A stretch of 64,000 bases of DNA from Lama guanicoe (lineage: Eukaryota). The position numbers and the translations under genes are program-made. Position 1 is the first letter of the stretch. Each line of letters starts with the position of its first letter. This document shows, piece by piece, positions 39,892-54,329 of the stretch. Below the pieces are notes generated by a model. That model saw only the letters and a list, made by a program, of their open reading frames with translations, ran no database searches and was not told the origin of the DNA. The stretch spans positions 2,364,607-2,428,606 of the forward strand of contig MU053504.1 in assembly GCA_013239625.1 (NCBI GenBank). Reading direction: 5' to 3'.

Positions 39892-41040
39892 AGACTGAAC
39901 CACTCTGAATGCATCTTACATCCTCCCTCATCTTTGAGTATGCTGTTCCTTCTACCTGAAATACTCTCTCCCTCCTGCTGCTTACCTGGCTATGTCCTGA
40001 CTTGGTCTGAGGTTATCTGAGTTGGTCTCACAATCCCTGGGTTCTTTTCTGTCATAGCACAGCACATCATATGAAAACAGCCCAGTTGGGATGTCTCCCC
40101 AACTTGAGTGAGAGCAGGAGCTCAGAACTGTGCCAACTTGTGTCAGGCACAGAGCCCTGTAAATGTTTGTTCAGTAAATGTTGGGGCTCAGACCTTTCCC
40201 TTTGGGGATCCAATGCCTGACCCAGGACTTGCTTACTTTTCTCAGGGGAGACTTGCCCAGTATTTGGTGGGAGTTGTATGCCTACCAGGCAGGCGAGGCA
40301 ATAGGACCCTGCTCCAAAGGATTGTTCATTGCTTTCTGTTGGTGAAGTGTGGGTTGGAGTTCTTGCCAAAATATGCCCGTGAAATATATTTCCATTTCTT
40401 AGCGTACTGGGGACTCCTTCCTCTCCACATGCCCTGCCCCAACATGCCATCTTCCTGAGATGCATCTGGGTCCTGCAGTAAAGGGGGCACTTTGTGTGGA
40501 CCTGAGCACAGCGAGGGAGGGTCTCCTGAAAGATGATATTTCAGGGCCCCTTCTGCTCCCTCTGCCCTAAAACATTGTCCAAGCTACCACCCCACACTGC
40601 ACTCCTGGGAGAGGGTGAAGTAGATACACTTGGGCAGGAATGTCAGGGGAAGTTTATGCATTTGGTTCTTGGAAAAGAGAAACGTGTGCAGACCTGGATT
40701 CTCCAGTGGGCAGTCTGCTCAGCCATGTAGAGCCCACGATGGGGCAGTTCCTTTCCCGCAGACTGTATGGTACCAGCCGTTTCAGTTTGTTCCAAGCAAG
40801 GGCCCAGCAAGAAAGCCTCTGGGTCCCATCCCACCGCCTGTGTCTGGAGGCAAGGGAGCTGGCTGCCCAGGGCAACTTAACATCCTCAAGTCTTGATTTG
40901 GATGGTGCAGCTCAGGGCAGCACTGACTACCATGTTGATTTACCGAGGGGGAGGCGCCATGAGTTCAGCACACCTGGGAACAGGTGGGAGCTGGTGACTT
41001 TTGAGCTGGGGCTCTGAGGTCTGAAATGGCGGTGGGATAA

Positions 41041-41301
<261 letters not shown>

Positions 41302-41304
41302 TGA

Positions 41305-42282
<978 letters not shown>

Positions 42283-42701
42283 TGATACTGAGGTGGTGTG
42301 CCCACTGGTGGCGATGCCAGGAGGGTGCCACACCTGACCTTGGGCTCTTAAATGCAGGCTCTCCCCCGTATGGAACCTGAGACACTCAGAACCACAGGCT
42401 CTGCATTTCTTCTCTTTCTAAGGGCTGATGGTAAACTCAGATATCACTGCAAAGCCTCAGACCGCCCATTTCCTACTCACATTGTCTTGCTAAGAGATGG
42501 ATTTGTGTTTCTCTGTCTGATTCTTTTAGTTGAACATGCTTCCTCCAATATCCCAGAAGAGCCTCCCTCACAAGAACCCCTGAAGCTGGAAGGGGGAACG
42601 TGATTATTTGGAATGTTTTTCAGATAGAAAACTGAGGCCCACAGAGAGGTGGTGTTTTGCTAGGGAGGTCACAAGGAGGCATTGGGGGATACACAGCTTG
42701 A

Positions 42702-43079
<378 letters not shown>

Positions 43080-43255
43080 TGAGGGGTGTGTTTGGTCCAG
43101 GGGAAGGAGCGGGAGGGTGGTGGTGGTCACTGAGGATTGTCGAGGTAAGATGGATGGAGTAACTCCTATAATGAAAAAGAAAACAAGAAAATACGCCCTT
43201 AACATCAGGAAGAACAAATGGAGTCAATAACTGAGATGTGTTAAAATGCTTCCTT

Positions 43256-43390
43256 TCTTTCTTTCTATTTTTTTTTAACATGTATCACATTAGTGTATTT
43301 TTTTTTTTTAAATGGAGGTACTGGGGATTGAACCTAAGACTCCATGCATGCTAAGCATGTGCTCTACCACTGAGCTATACACCCCTACCG
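43256..43390 (-). mobile_element. tRNA-Ala-derived SINE (Vic-1-like)
   Basis: GGGGTGTATAGCTCAGTGGTAGAGCACATGCTTAGCATGCATGGAGTCTTAGGTTCAATCCCCAGTACCTCC plus A-rich tail; AATGCTT flanks. Confidence 0.85.
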
Positions 43391-43431
43391 AATGCTTTCT
43401 TGAAATCGTAAAAACTGAGCCGTTTTAATGC

Positions 43432-43630
43432 TATGCTGTCCAATGTGGTAGCCATTAGCCACGTTGAATTTCAATTAATTACAATTTAAAGTAATAAATA
43501 CAAAATTTTGTTCCTCAGTTGTACTAGCCGTGTTTCAAGTTTGAGAGCCACATGTCGCTCATGGCTACCATGTTAGAGTGTGTCACTCTAGAGCATTTCT
43601 GTCATCAGGAAAGTCTAATGGACAGCACTG
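43432..43630. mobile_element. MER3-like hAT DNA transposon
   Basis: GCTGTCCAAT...TAGCCAC...GCCACATGT...GGCTACC...TGGACAGCACTG with inverted termini; a similar copy lies at ~37637-37825. Confidence 0.7.
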
Positions 43631-44859
43631 ATTCAGTGGAAGTAAGTTTCCTCAGTATGCTTTATTTTTCCCCAATATGTTTTAGAAAATAAAAGTAAGA
43701 ATATTGACCCTCCCCCAAATTATATCAATTGTATAATAATATATAGAGAAAAATATTTATAAGTCAAAAGCTATAATTATATATATTTATGCTCCCATAA
43801 AGTAGATTTTGAGTTTGCTTTATCAAGCATACACATACAATAAATGTTAAAATCCCAACAGAATTATATTTAAAATAATTCTTTGGTGTAATTGGTGAAG
43901 AAGATTGCAGTCAACCAACGTGTGTTGTGCCTGCCCTGGCTGTGCTCAGGGGGAGAGAGGAGAAGGCCTTCACTGCTGCTACAGCCATCCTCCCGAAAAG
44001 CAAACCTCTTGTCACCTGTATCAGTTAGAACTAGCGCATGTGACACAAAGCAGAACAAAACAAAACAAACTGGGTTAAACAAGATGGAAGTTTACTTCTG
44101 TCACACAAAAGGAAATCCGGAGGTAGGTGTCAGGGGCTGGTATCGTTAGTGACTCGCTCCATCTTCCAGACCAGCTTGTTGTCCAAGAGGGCTGTGGAGG
44201 CTGCTGCTCTAGCTCCCAAGTCAGTGCCAGGCTGCCTGGTCAAAGAGCGGAACCCCTGGTGCTGAGTCACTGTCCTTAAGCAACAGTGTGCTTGAAGCTG
44301 ATTGGCTGGAATGTAGTCACATGATACTACTAGCTGCTAGAGATGCTGGGATTCATCCCCTCTCCGCAGATGGCAATGAAACCAGTTAAAAGTCAAGATT
44401 TCTGTTCTGAGGAGAAAGAGATTCGTTGTGGGAGTAGGCAGCTTGCCCTCTGCCACAACGTGTGCCCCATTTTCAGCTTAGCCACCTCCGCAGCTCCTTG
44501 TTGGTGGGTTAAAAACTCGCTACTCAAGGTCGGTGGTCCATGGACCAGCCCCGTGGCATCATGTGGAGCACGTTAGAAATGCAGATTCTCAGCCCACCCT
44601 AGACCTGCTAAAGTAAAAACTGCATTCTACCAGGATCCCCAGCTGGTACCTTTGCACATTCAGTTTAAGATGTACTGGGGTAAAATCCAAACTCAGGCTT
44701 GGAATGCAAGCACTTTGCTTGGACCACACCTAAACAGCCTTCTTTCTTGAGGTTGAGCCCTGGCTATACCAAAATCCCCACTGTCTTCTGGACAAGACCT
44801 ATTTTGGTGCATTTTTTGCCCCCATTTTTCCTTCTTCCTGAAACATCCTTTGCCTGTTG

Positions 44860-45140
44860 ATTTATCTAGCATCTTCCAGAGAAGAAGCTCAAAGATCCTG
44901 TCCACTGGGAAGCTTTGTGTGAGCCCCCTGACAGTGGGCCTCTTTTCTGGGCTCTCAGAACTTCACCCAAACACCCATCATGTCACATTTGACACCGTTT
45001 AATAATTGGGTTTCATGTCTGGCTTCCCCACCAGCAAGGAAGCTCCTCAGAGCAGCTGCCTGGTCACCTTTTATCTTCCAAGTGCCCAGAACAGTCCCTG
45101 GAACCTAATAGGGGCTCCATAAAGGTTTGTTAAATTACTG
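44860..45140 (+). mobile_element. LINE-2 3' end fragment hosting SMOX exon 6a
   Basis: TGTCTGGCTTCCCCACCAG...AAGCTCCTCAGAGCAG...CCCAGAACAGTCCCTGGAACCTAATAGGGGCTCCATAAAGGTTTGTTAAATT is colinear with the L2 terminus as I recall it. Confidence 0.7.
45035..45124 (+). CDS. SMOX: Spermine oxidase alternative cassette exon 6a (VIa), 30 aa, long 585-aa isoform
   Basis: CCCCACCAG|CAAGGA...ATAAAG|GTTTGT; 90 nt, phase 0/0, no stop; QGSSSEQLPGHLLSSKCPEQSLEPNRGSIK resembles the extra exon of the long mammalian SMOX isoform as I recall it. Not in the ORF track. Confidence 0.85.
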
Positions 45141-45314
45141 CCTAACTTTATCAAGTACTTATATTCTTCAGGTTCTGAGTGCTTTAGATACATTATTTCA
45201 CTTAATCCCTCAGAAGTAGATGGTATAAACCCATCTTGCAGATGAGAAAATCAAGGTTTAGGGAGGTTAAGTCATTCCTTGAGTTCACTCATAAGAGGCA
45301 CAGTGAGTTTCTGA

Positions 45315-45692
<378 letters not shown>

Positions 45693-45969
45693 GGGCTTCC
45701 TAGCTGCCGAGCGTGTTCCTTAAAGAACCACTAACTCGTGACTGCCAGCCCTGCCCCTTGCTGCTGTGTATTCCTCACTCCTTAATCCTCTGTAGAGTGG
45801 ATTTGTATCTTTTGTAGAGCTAGACACCCGACTGGCCTCAGACCTGGCCCTGTAGCTTTTCCTTTTCCCCTTGCCGGGTGGTGACCAGGATGGGGTCTGT
45901 TGATTTACCTCTGTGCTCTGACCTCCAACCTCCTCACGCCTCCCCTCCTCTCCCGCCTTGTTATTGTAA

Positions 45970-45976
45970 GTGCCTT
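45970..45976 (+). promoter_or_regulatory. miR-124 seed match (GTGCCTT) in SMOX 3' UTR
   Basis: 7mer-m8 site just upstream of the poly(A) signal; miR-124 repression of SMOX via its 3' UTR is established in human cells. Confidence 0.6.
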
Positions 45977-45997
45977 CAAGTCTTTGCATTTTGGGAT

Positions 45998-46003
45998 AAT
46001 AAA
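45998..46003 (+). terminator. SMOX: SMOX polyadenylation signal AATAAA
   Basis: AATAAA ~305 nt after the stop, followed by a U-rich tract and (TG)n downstream elements at 46030-46095. Confidence 0.8.
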
Positions 46004-49000
46004 AGAGGCTTGCCCTTCCTGTGCTCCTCAACTTCTCCCATTTTTTTCTCAGCCATGTATGTGTGTGTGTGTGTGTGTGTGTCTATGTGTGTGTGGACAA
46101 TGCGGGGAGTTTTGGTCTGGCTGTACCCTCAGAAGGGAAGGTGCCTACCTTTGCTGGAAGGGGCATCCCCTCACCCCAACCTGTGTGTGGTCATTTCCCT
46201 TCCTGCTGGTGAGATTCCTCAGGGGTAAGGGCTCCTCACTGCCCAGCCCCAGCTCCTTCAGGACAGGCCTGGGTCTGCCCACTGGCCCTTTGCTGGACTT
46301 CTCAGAGCCTGATTGAGTGACACGGCCACATGGAGTGAAGGTGAGTTTTATGGGAGGGGATATCCGTTGTGGCTCAGGTGTGTTAATTACTATTCAGTGT
46401 CATCTGCTCCTGTTGACTTCTGGGAAGGTGGATAGTCTGGCCACTCTTTTGCTGAGTGAAAAAATACACATACACACACCCCTTAAATACCCACATACAC
46501 ATTTACACACACTCAGTCCTGCACAGATACATCACCCCACACCCATATACCTATACACAACTACATCTGTACACATGCATAGAACCTTAAAGAATATTTA
46601 GTCATTTTCTGACTCCAGATTTCTAGTGATAGAGTTCGAATTCTGTGGAGTTGAGGGGCTGGGTAGTGGAGGAAGTGATGAAAAGCCACGTGCGCCCCCT
46701 GGTCTAACTCTGGATGAACTTAGGTTGGGTCCCCTTCTCAGATGTTTAGCGCATTGCCCTTGGCATGAGTCCACATCTTCTCCCCCCTCACCTCAGGCTG
46801 TGAGGGAGATGTCCAGCACATAGACACACCCATACACATGCCTCCCTGCACCCACCTGCACATCCACCTACGTGCACATCCACCCCTACACACACACACA
46901 CACACTCTCTCTCTCTCTCACACACACACACCTGCATGCACATATCTAAGAGACATCCTTGCTTTGCCAGGGTTGATCCACCAGACATCTTCAGGGATTC
47001 ATATTCACCTGATGTATAACTTAAAAAAGTTGTAAGTGTATAATATTGCTTTTTTTTTTTTGAACAGAGGATCCATCAGGGTAGTTTAAGCTCAGAAGTT
47101 ATAAAATGATACACTGAAACATCTCGTCCCACACCTGTCCCCAGTACGATTGCTGCTCCCCATGTCATTAGAATCTTGTGTATCCATTTCTAGAAATGTT
47201 GTTATAAATACATACCCTTCTCTCTTCCTTTTGTACAAAAGTGACAAACTATTCATCCTGTCCTGCATTTTGCTTGTTTTAGGTAACATAATGTATCTTG
47301 GAGATCTTTCTATAATAATACTTAAATAGACAATGTAAATTTGGACCTGACTTTGGTCAGAGTGTCTCCTTCCTGACCAGAGTTACTTTGCACGAAGCAG
47401 CTTCTATTAACTTTGATCCAGCTCGGACCGTCCCCATGCCCTGGATTTCCCCCCACTAGCTGGTGGGATGTACAGAAGTGGCCTGTCTCTTAAGTCAGGG
47501 AAGTGAAAGTAATAAGCAATACAGAGAGTCTCAGGATCACAGGTGTAGTAGAAATTTTAAAGAACTCTATGAGGGTGAGGAGCTGGAAATGTTTGTTTGA
47601 TGACTGCATGTTGGGGAGCTTCAGATGTGGGCAAGAGGAAGGGAGAGAATATTCACTTGGTGCCAACCGTCTGCCAGTCAGGAGGGCACTCATAAATGCT
47701 GGGCGTAGATTCTCTTAATTTGACGTGGATATGAGCTCAGGCTGGGAGGGTGATTCATCCCAGGGGGCAGACAGAACCTCTGAGAGTTCAGTAATGCAAG
47801 TCATGTGCCTAAGGTCACTCAGGTAGGAGGTGATGCCAAGACTTGATCCGAGCTCTGTTCGGTGCTACAGTGCAGGCTTAGTCTACTGCTGATAAAAAGG
47901 AGAGGCTGGTGCCATTGAGGGGAGAAAAAAATCTAAGGCCATTGCTAGAAAGAGTAGAACTGGGCAGGGCCACACTGGGAGACTGTGTGGCAGATTTGCT
48001 GAAGCTGGCCATGTGCCCACCAGCATTTCCACTCCTGGGCATACACCCTAGAGAGATGAGTGCATATGCCCACCAGGAAAATGGACCGGAGACTAGGTGT
48101 ACCGGGGACACAGCATGAGTTCCTTGCTGTGACTAGTTTTCTGAAACAGCTGTGGCATTGATCGAAACTCAGAGGACTGTATTTGGGGTGTCTAATGTGG
48201 CCTGCTCAGGCCAACACACATGCCTGCTACGTCTGTAGGAGGCCTTTGCTGGCACTGGATTCTATGTAGAGTTGGTTGCATGGTTTCTTGTGCTGTGAGC
48301 ATCAGTGAATCTGCGGGCGAGTTGTTTGTGGCTTTGTGGAAGCCTCAGAAATGTTCCTTCAGGGGGCCTGGGGATATTTGGCAAATGCTGGCTCCACTTT
48401 TGCTGCTCTGGGACCGGTGGGCAGTATTAGCTCCCACTCCTGGGAGCCACTTGGAATGTCGGCCTCCCCTACAAACAAAGGCAGCAGTGAAGCGCCTCTG
48501 GTTTGAGTCAGCCCGCATTTGCCTGGGGCTGTCGGGAGGAACTCAAGGGTGACCCCAAGGTGCAGAGTGTGGTGGGCTGCCGGTTCACTTCTAGAGAAGT
48601 GCCTGTCTAATGGGTGGTCTGCCAAACATAACGGTAGAGTTCCAGGCAGCCGTGTTTTCTCATAATGACTGGCTGGGCTGTTTGTTGAGGCCACTCTTGA
48701 TTTGTGTAGGATGATCAAATCTCGACAAACAGGAGGGAGTTGTGGCCCTGCTAACGTGGCATCCAGGACATCCAAGCTCATGTTGGGTACTGAATACAAG
48801 AAGGAAGGGCTTGGATGTAGCCCAGCTTCACACTGTCTACCTGGAGATGATGTGTGCGAAAGCTGTTCTCGCCTCCCAGGACTCTGGTGGTGGTTGCTGA
48901 GCACTGATTTTGCAGGGGTCTTCAACTCTTGTATCTTTGTTAGGAGATGCAAGATGTCAGGCATATGCTGTCTCAGGGAGCTCAGTGCTTGAGCAGTTTT

Positions 49001-49499
49001 GATCTGCTGCGCTGGCTGTTCCCTCTCTGCTTCACTCCAGAGCCTGTTACTGTTTTTTGTCCTGGATCTGTCACCTGCCCCCTCTCATATGTTGGGCACA
49101 TGGGTTCATGCAGTCATCTGTCCAGGTCCAGGTCAAGGCCATGATCAAGACCTGACGTCTTAGAGCTCTTCTTTGCATTTGCGTGCTACTGCAGTGCCCT
49201 TCCCAGCCACTGATTCCCCTTTGGCTTAGTTGGGGGTAGGTTTCTATCACTTGTGGTTGGTCTTGATTAATTAAAACTGGTTCCAGGAGTGGGGTTTTCC
49301 GTTGTCTGTCATTTCACCAGTCTCTTTCAGGTATCCTTAACTTTCTCGCCATTTGTTCTGTTAAAGCCAGTCAGCATAATCCCAATCATGGATCAATTGT
49401 CTGCTTCCTCCACAGATGTGTCTGGGTCACCAATAGGTACTTCTGGAGAAAACCACAGAGCCACACCTGCTGGGCAGAACACGGCAGAGCAAAGCGAAC

Positions 49500-50325
49500 A
49501 ACACAGAGCCACACCACCTACAGAGTCTTCCGTGTCCAAAGCACGACTCCGACTGCTCCTTCCCAAATCAAATCTCGACTGAGCCACCATCTGGCTCAGG
49601 GCAAACACCTGAGACATCATCGACTCTTCTTTTCCTGTCACACTTCACATTGGATCATCAGATCTGCCATTGGCAAATCCTCTTGGGTCTCCCTACAAGA
49701 CAGATCCTGAACCCGATCACGTCTTACCTCCTCCCCTGTACCTCTCCTCTCTGCCCTGGACAGCTGCAGTGGCCTCCTGTGTGGTGTCCCTTCTTCGATG
49801 CTTGGCCCTTTTAGCCTGTTCCCCCCACAGCAGCCAGTGTGATCCTTTTAACAGTAGGAATCCGGTCCTGCGCCCCCCTGCTTTCCAGTGACTCTCATTG
49901 CAGTGAGCATAAAAGGTGATTTCCAGCGTCCCGTGTGATCTCTTCTTGGCCCCTGCTTCCTTCCACAGCACTCTTCTGGGGGCCCTGGCTGTCCCCTTTG
50001 TCTAGAATGCTTGCTCACAGATAGTGCAAGTCTGTTTCCCTTGCTGAGTTCAGATCTCTACTCACCCGTCACTTCTCTAGGAAGACTTCCCCAAGCACCC
50101 CGTTTTCACAGCCTCCCAGCAGTCTCTGTCCCTCCCGTGGTCTGTTTCTTCATAGCCTTTCTCTTTCCCTGATGTCATAGTGTTTTTTGTTGTTGTTGTT
50201 TTTTATTTGTATGTCTGTTTCTTTGTCTATCTGTTCCCCCTCCACTAGGATGTAGGTTGTATCCAAAATAGTGCCAGGTGTGGCAGGCTATTCGTTAATA
50301 TTTGCAGAATGAATGAATGAGTGTA
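49500..50325 (+). mobile_element. LINE-2 3' fragment
   Basis: L2 body motifs ending in TTAATATTTGCAGAATGAATGAATGAGTG (L2 tail). Confidence 0.7.
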
Positions 50326-50925
50326 TGAAGAAGCAGAGCTGCACAGTATCTTCCCCAGACCCACCCTCGGTGCTTGCCAGCAGTCCTCCCGGGCTTCCCT
50401 CCCCTTCAGCTCTGACACCTCCCCTCCTCCACCAGCTGTCAACAGGCAATAGGGTTTGCTGCTTCACAGACAAAATAGGAACCCCCTGGAGGCAGCTTTC
50501 TTAACAAACCTGCGAACTGCCAGCCTTCACATCCATTCTTTTAGACCTTCCCCAGATGCAACAGAAGCATGTGACCCTTCGTTTGGGCATCCCATGCCCC
50601 AGCCTCAGGGACCTTGCTCGTCCTTTTCTATCCCTAGTCTCTCCACTCCTTCCCACCCACCCACCTTTCGGTGCTCAGGTCTTTCCCATCACCAGCCCCC
50701 ATCTTCCTCCCACCTGCCCTTGCCTCCCTTTCAGTCAAGCTTCACACTAGCATTTCTATACTTGCTCTCCCTGCATCCTCACCCTAGCAGTGGTGGGTGG
50801 GGGTCCTCTGGCTGCAGAGGGAGACACAGGAGGGACTGGGCTGGCTTTCCTTTCACATGGCTGGGAGAGGTGAGGGGGACTTCCAGTCTCTGGAAGGAGA
50901 ACCTCATGGGTTGAATCACATCCTC

Positions 50926-50944
50926 TGGCGCCATCTGCTGGTCA
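50926..50944 (-). promoter_or_regulatory. CTCF motif
   Basis: Minus strand TGACCAGCAGATGGCGCCA, a near-perfect match to CCASYAGRKGGCRS. Confidence 0.65.
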
Positions 50945-51374
50945 TATGGGAGTGCAGCCCTCTTAACTGCACAGAGATCATCCGTGCCCTGGATTCTCTG
51001 TGAGCCTTTCTGAATTAAAAAATAAATAAATAGATTAAATAAATAAATAAATATTTAAATATATTTATAAATAGAAAGTACCTTTAATTAATATTGAATA
51101 AGTTTATAAAATAAGATTGCAACCTACTCTAAGTATCATTTATTTTTCATTCTTAACCTTTTGTAAAAAGAAACCTTGTTGGCCCCCAAGATGAAAAATT
51201 CTCTTTTTTGTTCATTCATTCATTCATTCATTCATTAAATCTTTCTTTTGTTCATCCACCAGACCTTTGTATGCCAGCTTCGATTGCTAGAGAGGTTTAA
51301 TTATGCTTCTATAAATAAGTTTACTTAAAAAAATAATAAGAAGTGTGAACTTATTTGGTTCCCCAAGTGAAGCT

Positions 51375-52600
51375 GGACGATATGATTTCAATTCTTTTAA
51401 ATTTGTTGAGGTTTGTTTCATGGCCCAGGCTGTGGTCTTTCTTGGCATAGGATGTACGGTGCTTGCCACGGATGTGTATTCTGCTGCTGCTGGGTGGCAC
51501 GTCCTGTGGGTGTTCATTACATCCTGCTGGTTGATGGTGTCACTAGTTTCCTCTATATCCTTGCTGATTTTCTGTCTAGTTCTGTTGGTTGTTGAGAGGA
51601 TAGTGTTGAAGGGTCCAACTATAATCATGTCTTTGTTTATTCTTTCAATTCTGTCAGTTTTTTTGTATCAATAGACTTTTTAAAGAACAGTTGTAGATGT
51701 ACAGAAAAAGCAGGTATACAGCCCCAGTGCCCACTTTCCCTGTTATTAACATCTTACATTAATATGGTACATTTCTTATAACCAGTGAACCAACATTGGT
51801 ATATTATTATTAAATAGTCCATAGTTTATTCATATTTCTTTAGTTTCAACTTAATGTCTTTCTGTTCCAGAATTCCAGCCAGGATACCCTGTTACATTTA
51901 ACTGTCATGTTTTGTTAGGTTCCTCTTGGTTGTGACGTTTTCTCAGATGATCTCAGTTTTGAGGAGTATGGTCAGGTATGTGGTAGGATGCCCCTCTACT
52001 GGAACTTGTCTGGTCTTTTTCTCATGGCTAGACTGGGGTTATTGGTTTTTAGGAGGAAAACCGCAGAGTTAAAGTGTCATTTTTCTCTCATCATGTGATC
52101 TTGGTCAGGTTTCTGCACTGTAAAGTTATGCTCATTCCCTCCCTCTTCCATATTGTCCTTTTTGGAAGGAAGTCACTCTGTAGCCCACACTTAAGGAGTG
52201 GAGAGTTATGCTTCTGTCCTTCAAAGTGTCTGCATAATTTATTTGGAATTCTTCTGCACAGGAGAATTGTCCCTTCTCTTCCCTGTCTCCCCCTTCCCTC
52301 CAATTATTAGTTTATTCAGTCATTTATTTATATCAGAATAGACTCATGGATATTTATTTTACACTTTGGATCACAAGCTAATATTACTTTATTTTGTTGT
52401 TAAATTGTTCCAACTTTGGTCACTGGAAACTCCTTCAGTTGGCTCCTATGTCCCTTTTGACATATCCCCATCAATGTGTAGGTTTTTTTTTTTCTTTTTT
52501 TCATTTTTGAGTACTTCCTTACTTTCCGGCACTACAAGATGCTCTATACTCATATATTTCCTGCCTCTGTCATCAAAACAGCCATTTCTCCAGCGACCCT
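51375..52600 (-). mobile_element. Old LINE-1 fragments (ORF2 endonuclease remnant + 3' UTR)
   Basis: Minus-strand IIVGPFNTILSTTNRTRQKISKDIEETSDTINQQDVMNTHRTCHPAAAEYT resembles the L1 EN domain; L1M-type 3' UTR sequence follows at 51670-52600. Confidence 0.75.
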
Positions 52601-52604
52601 GATT

Positions 52605-52770
52605 GTTTTCTTTTCTTTTAAAAAAAAATAAATTAGACTTATTCATTTCTATTTATTTATTTTTTAGTTTTAGAGGAGGTTCTGGGGATTAAACCCAGGA
52701 TATTATGCATGCTAAGCATGCACTCTACCACTTGAGCTATACCCTCCACACCGCTCCCCCGCCCTCACCC
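52605..52770 (-). mobile_element. tRNA-Ala-derived SINE (Vic-1-like)
   Basis: GGAGGGTATAGCTCAAGTGGTAGAGTGCATGCTTAGCATGCAT...TTTAATCCCCAGAACCTCC plus tail. Confidence 0.8.
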
Positions 52771-52909
52771 AACTCTGGTTCTTTTAGTAGAACTTGTTCT
52801 AGCTTGGGGCAAAAGCTAGATTGCTTTGGCCTCTTATAATGGCACTGTGACCTCAGTTCTTCACTCCTCCCTGCTTTGCCATGTGACCTCACATTTATTC
52901 CCACTAGAG

Positions 52910-53362
52910 GTTGTTATGGGCTGAATTATGTCCCCTAAAATTTATGTGTTGAAATCCTAAACCGACTCCCTGTGTTGGATTAGAAGATTATTCAGCAAGT
53001 ATTGAATCACTTTCCTTTCCCTCTGGGAGCAGAGTTTATTTTCCTGCCCCATTGACTCTGACCTTGGCCATCTGACTTGTTTTGATCAACAGAATGTGAA
53101 TAGACATGATGTGATATGAGCAGAAGCTTCAAGCATTCCTTGTGCAGTTGGGTTTGGCCTCTCATGTACTTGCTATTTGTCATGACAGGAACAGGCCCCG
53201 ATTGCTGATGTTTTAAGGAGAATATTGAGAAAAGTGGAATAGAGCTTAGCCTATAGAAGCCTGGAACCAAACCTAGGACCTGCAGACAGACAAATAAGTA
53301 AACCTGTGAATTCATGGGTGATTTGTTCTGCAGCATTATCATGGCAATAGCTGACTGATACA
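52910..53362 (+). mobile_element. MaLR LTR fragments (MLT1)
   Basis: TGTTATGGGCTGAATTATGTCCCCTAAAATT...TGACTTGTTTTGATCAACAGAATGTG...GCAGCATTATCATGGCAATAGCTGACTGATACA. Confidence 0.65.
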
Positions 53363-54329
53363 CCTCTTTGGGGGAGTCATCCAGCCAAAGAGGGATATTT
53401 CTAGGCACTAGTGATAGAGTGAGCAGTGGCCCATAGACTGGGAAGCCACCCAGGGTACAAGGGTGGCTCAGTCCCAGCAAAGGTGCCTGGCAGGAATGGG
53501 CCAAGGGATTCAGATCCTTGGAGGCTTCATTTAATGGCTTGACTCTGGCTTAAGGAGCTAGGAGAGATGAAGCCAGTGGCATTTTTTTCAGTTCTTGTTC
53601 TACAGACTGAGGACAGACCATCTTCTACCCACCACTGCCCAGTTCTCAGCTGATGAGGAAGAACTTTGTTCTAAAAAGTCGGGGCTGCTACTGCTACTAC
53701 TCCTCTTCCACCAAATGGAGCACCCGAGAAACTGCAACGTCCTACTCAGCTCTCAAGATCTCTGAGCCAGACCCACAAGCCTGGACAGTCTTGAAGTCGT
53801 TGCTGAAGATGGAAAGTTCCTCCAGGAAATCAGGAGAGTGGGGGATCATTACTGAGTCCTCAGCTGCTCAGAAAGCAGTTCTTGGGCAGTAGGACAGTGG
53901 CTGGAGATCAGCTGACTGTGGGCAGGCTCTTCTTGGAGTTAAGGGTAGGGAGGGGGGATATGTGGGGGAGAGGGTCGAGCGTTCCCCTTCCCCACCCCCC
54001 GGCCAGTGGTGCCTTTGATGCAGAGGCCAGAACTCTGGCAGGCCTTTTATCTCTGCTTCCTCAAGTCGTCGGCTGATACTCTGACTTTTTTTCAGGCCTG
54101 TCTTGAATTTCTATCCTCTTTTTAGGTCTTTTTTGATATTTTAAGGAGAGGAGTCTTACAGAGGACTTGATAGGGTGTCACTTTAAGTTGGAAATGTCTG
54201 TCCTTGATTAAAAAGAAATCTTTCCTGAAGTGTTCAGGGCTCCTAGTAAGGCAGGCAGGTCTAGATGGTAGCATGGGGCTGGTGTGCTGAGTGTGGCCAT
54301 AGCACATGGAAGTGCCATCTCCAGAATCA

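Noticed and set aside
43310..43386. tRNA-Ala-like sequences as real tRNA genes
   Set aside because: Broken stems, A-rich tails, TSDs and multiple diverged copies identify them as SINEs.
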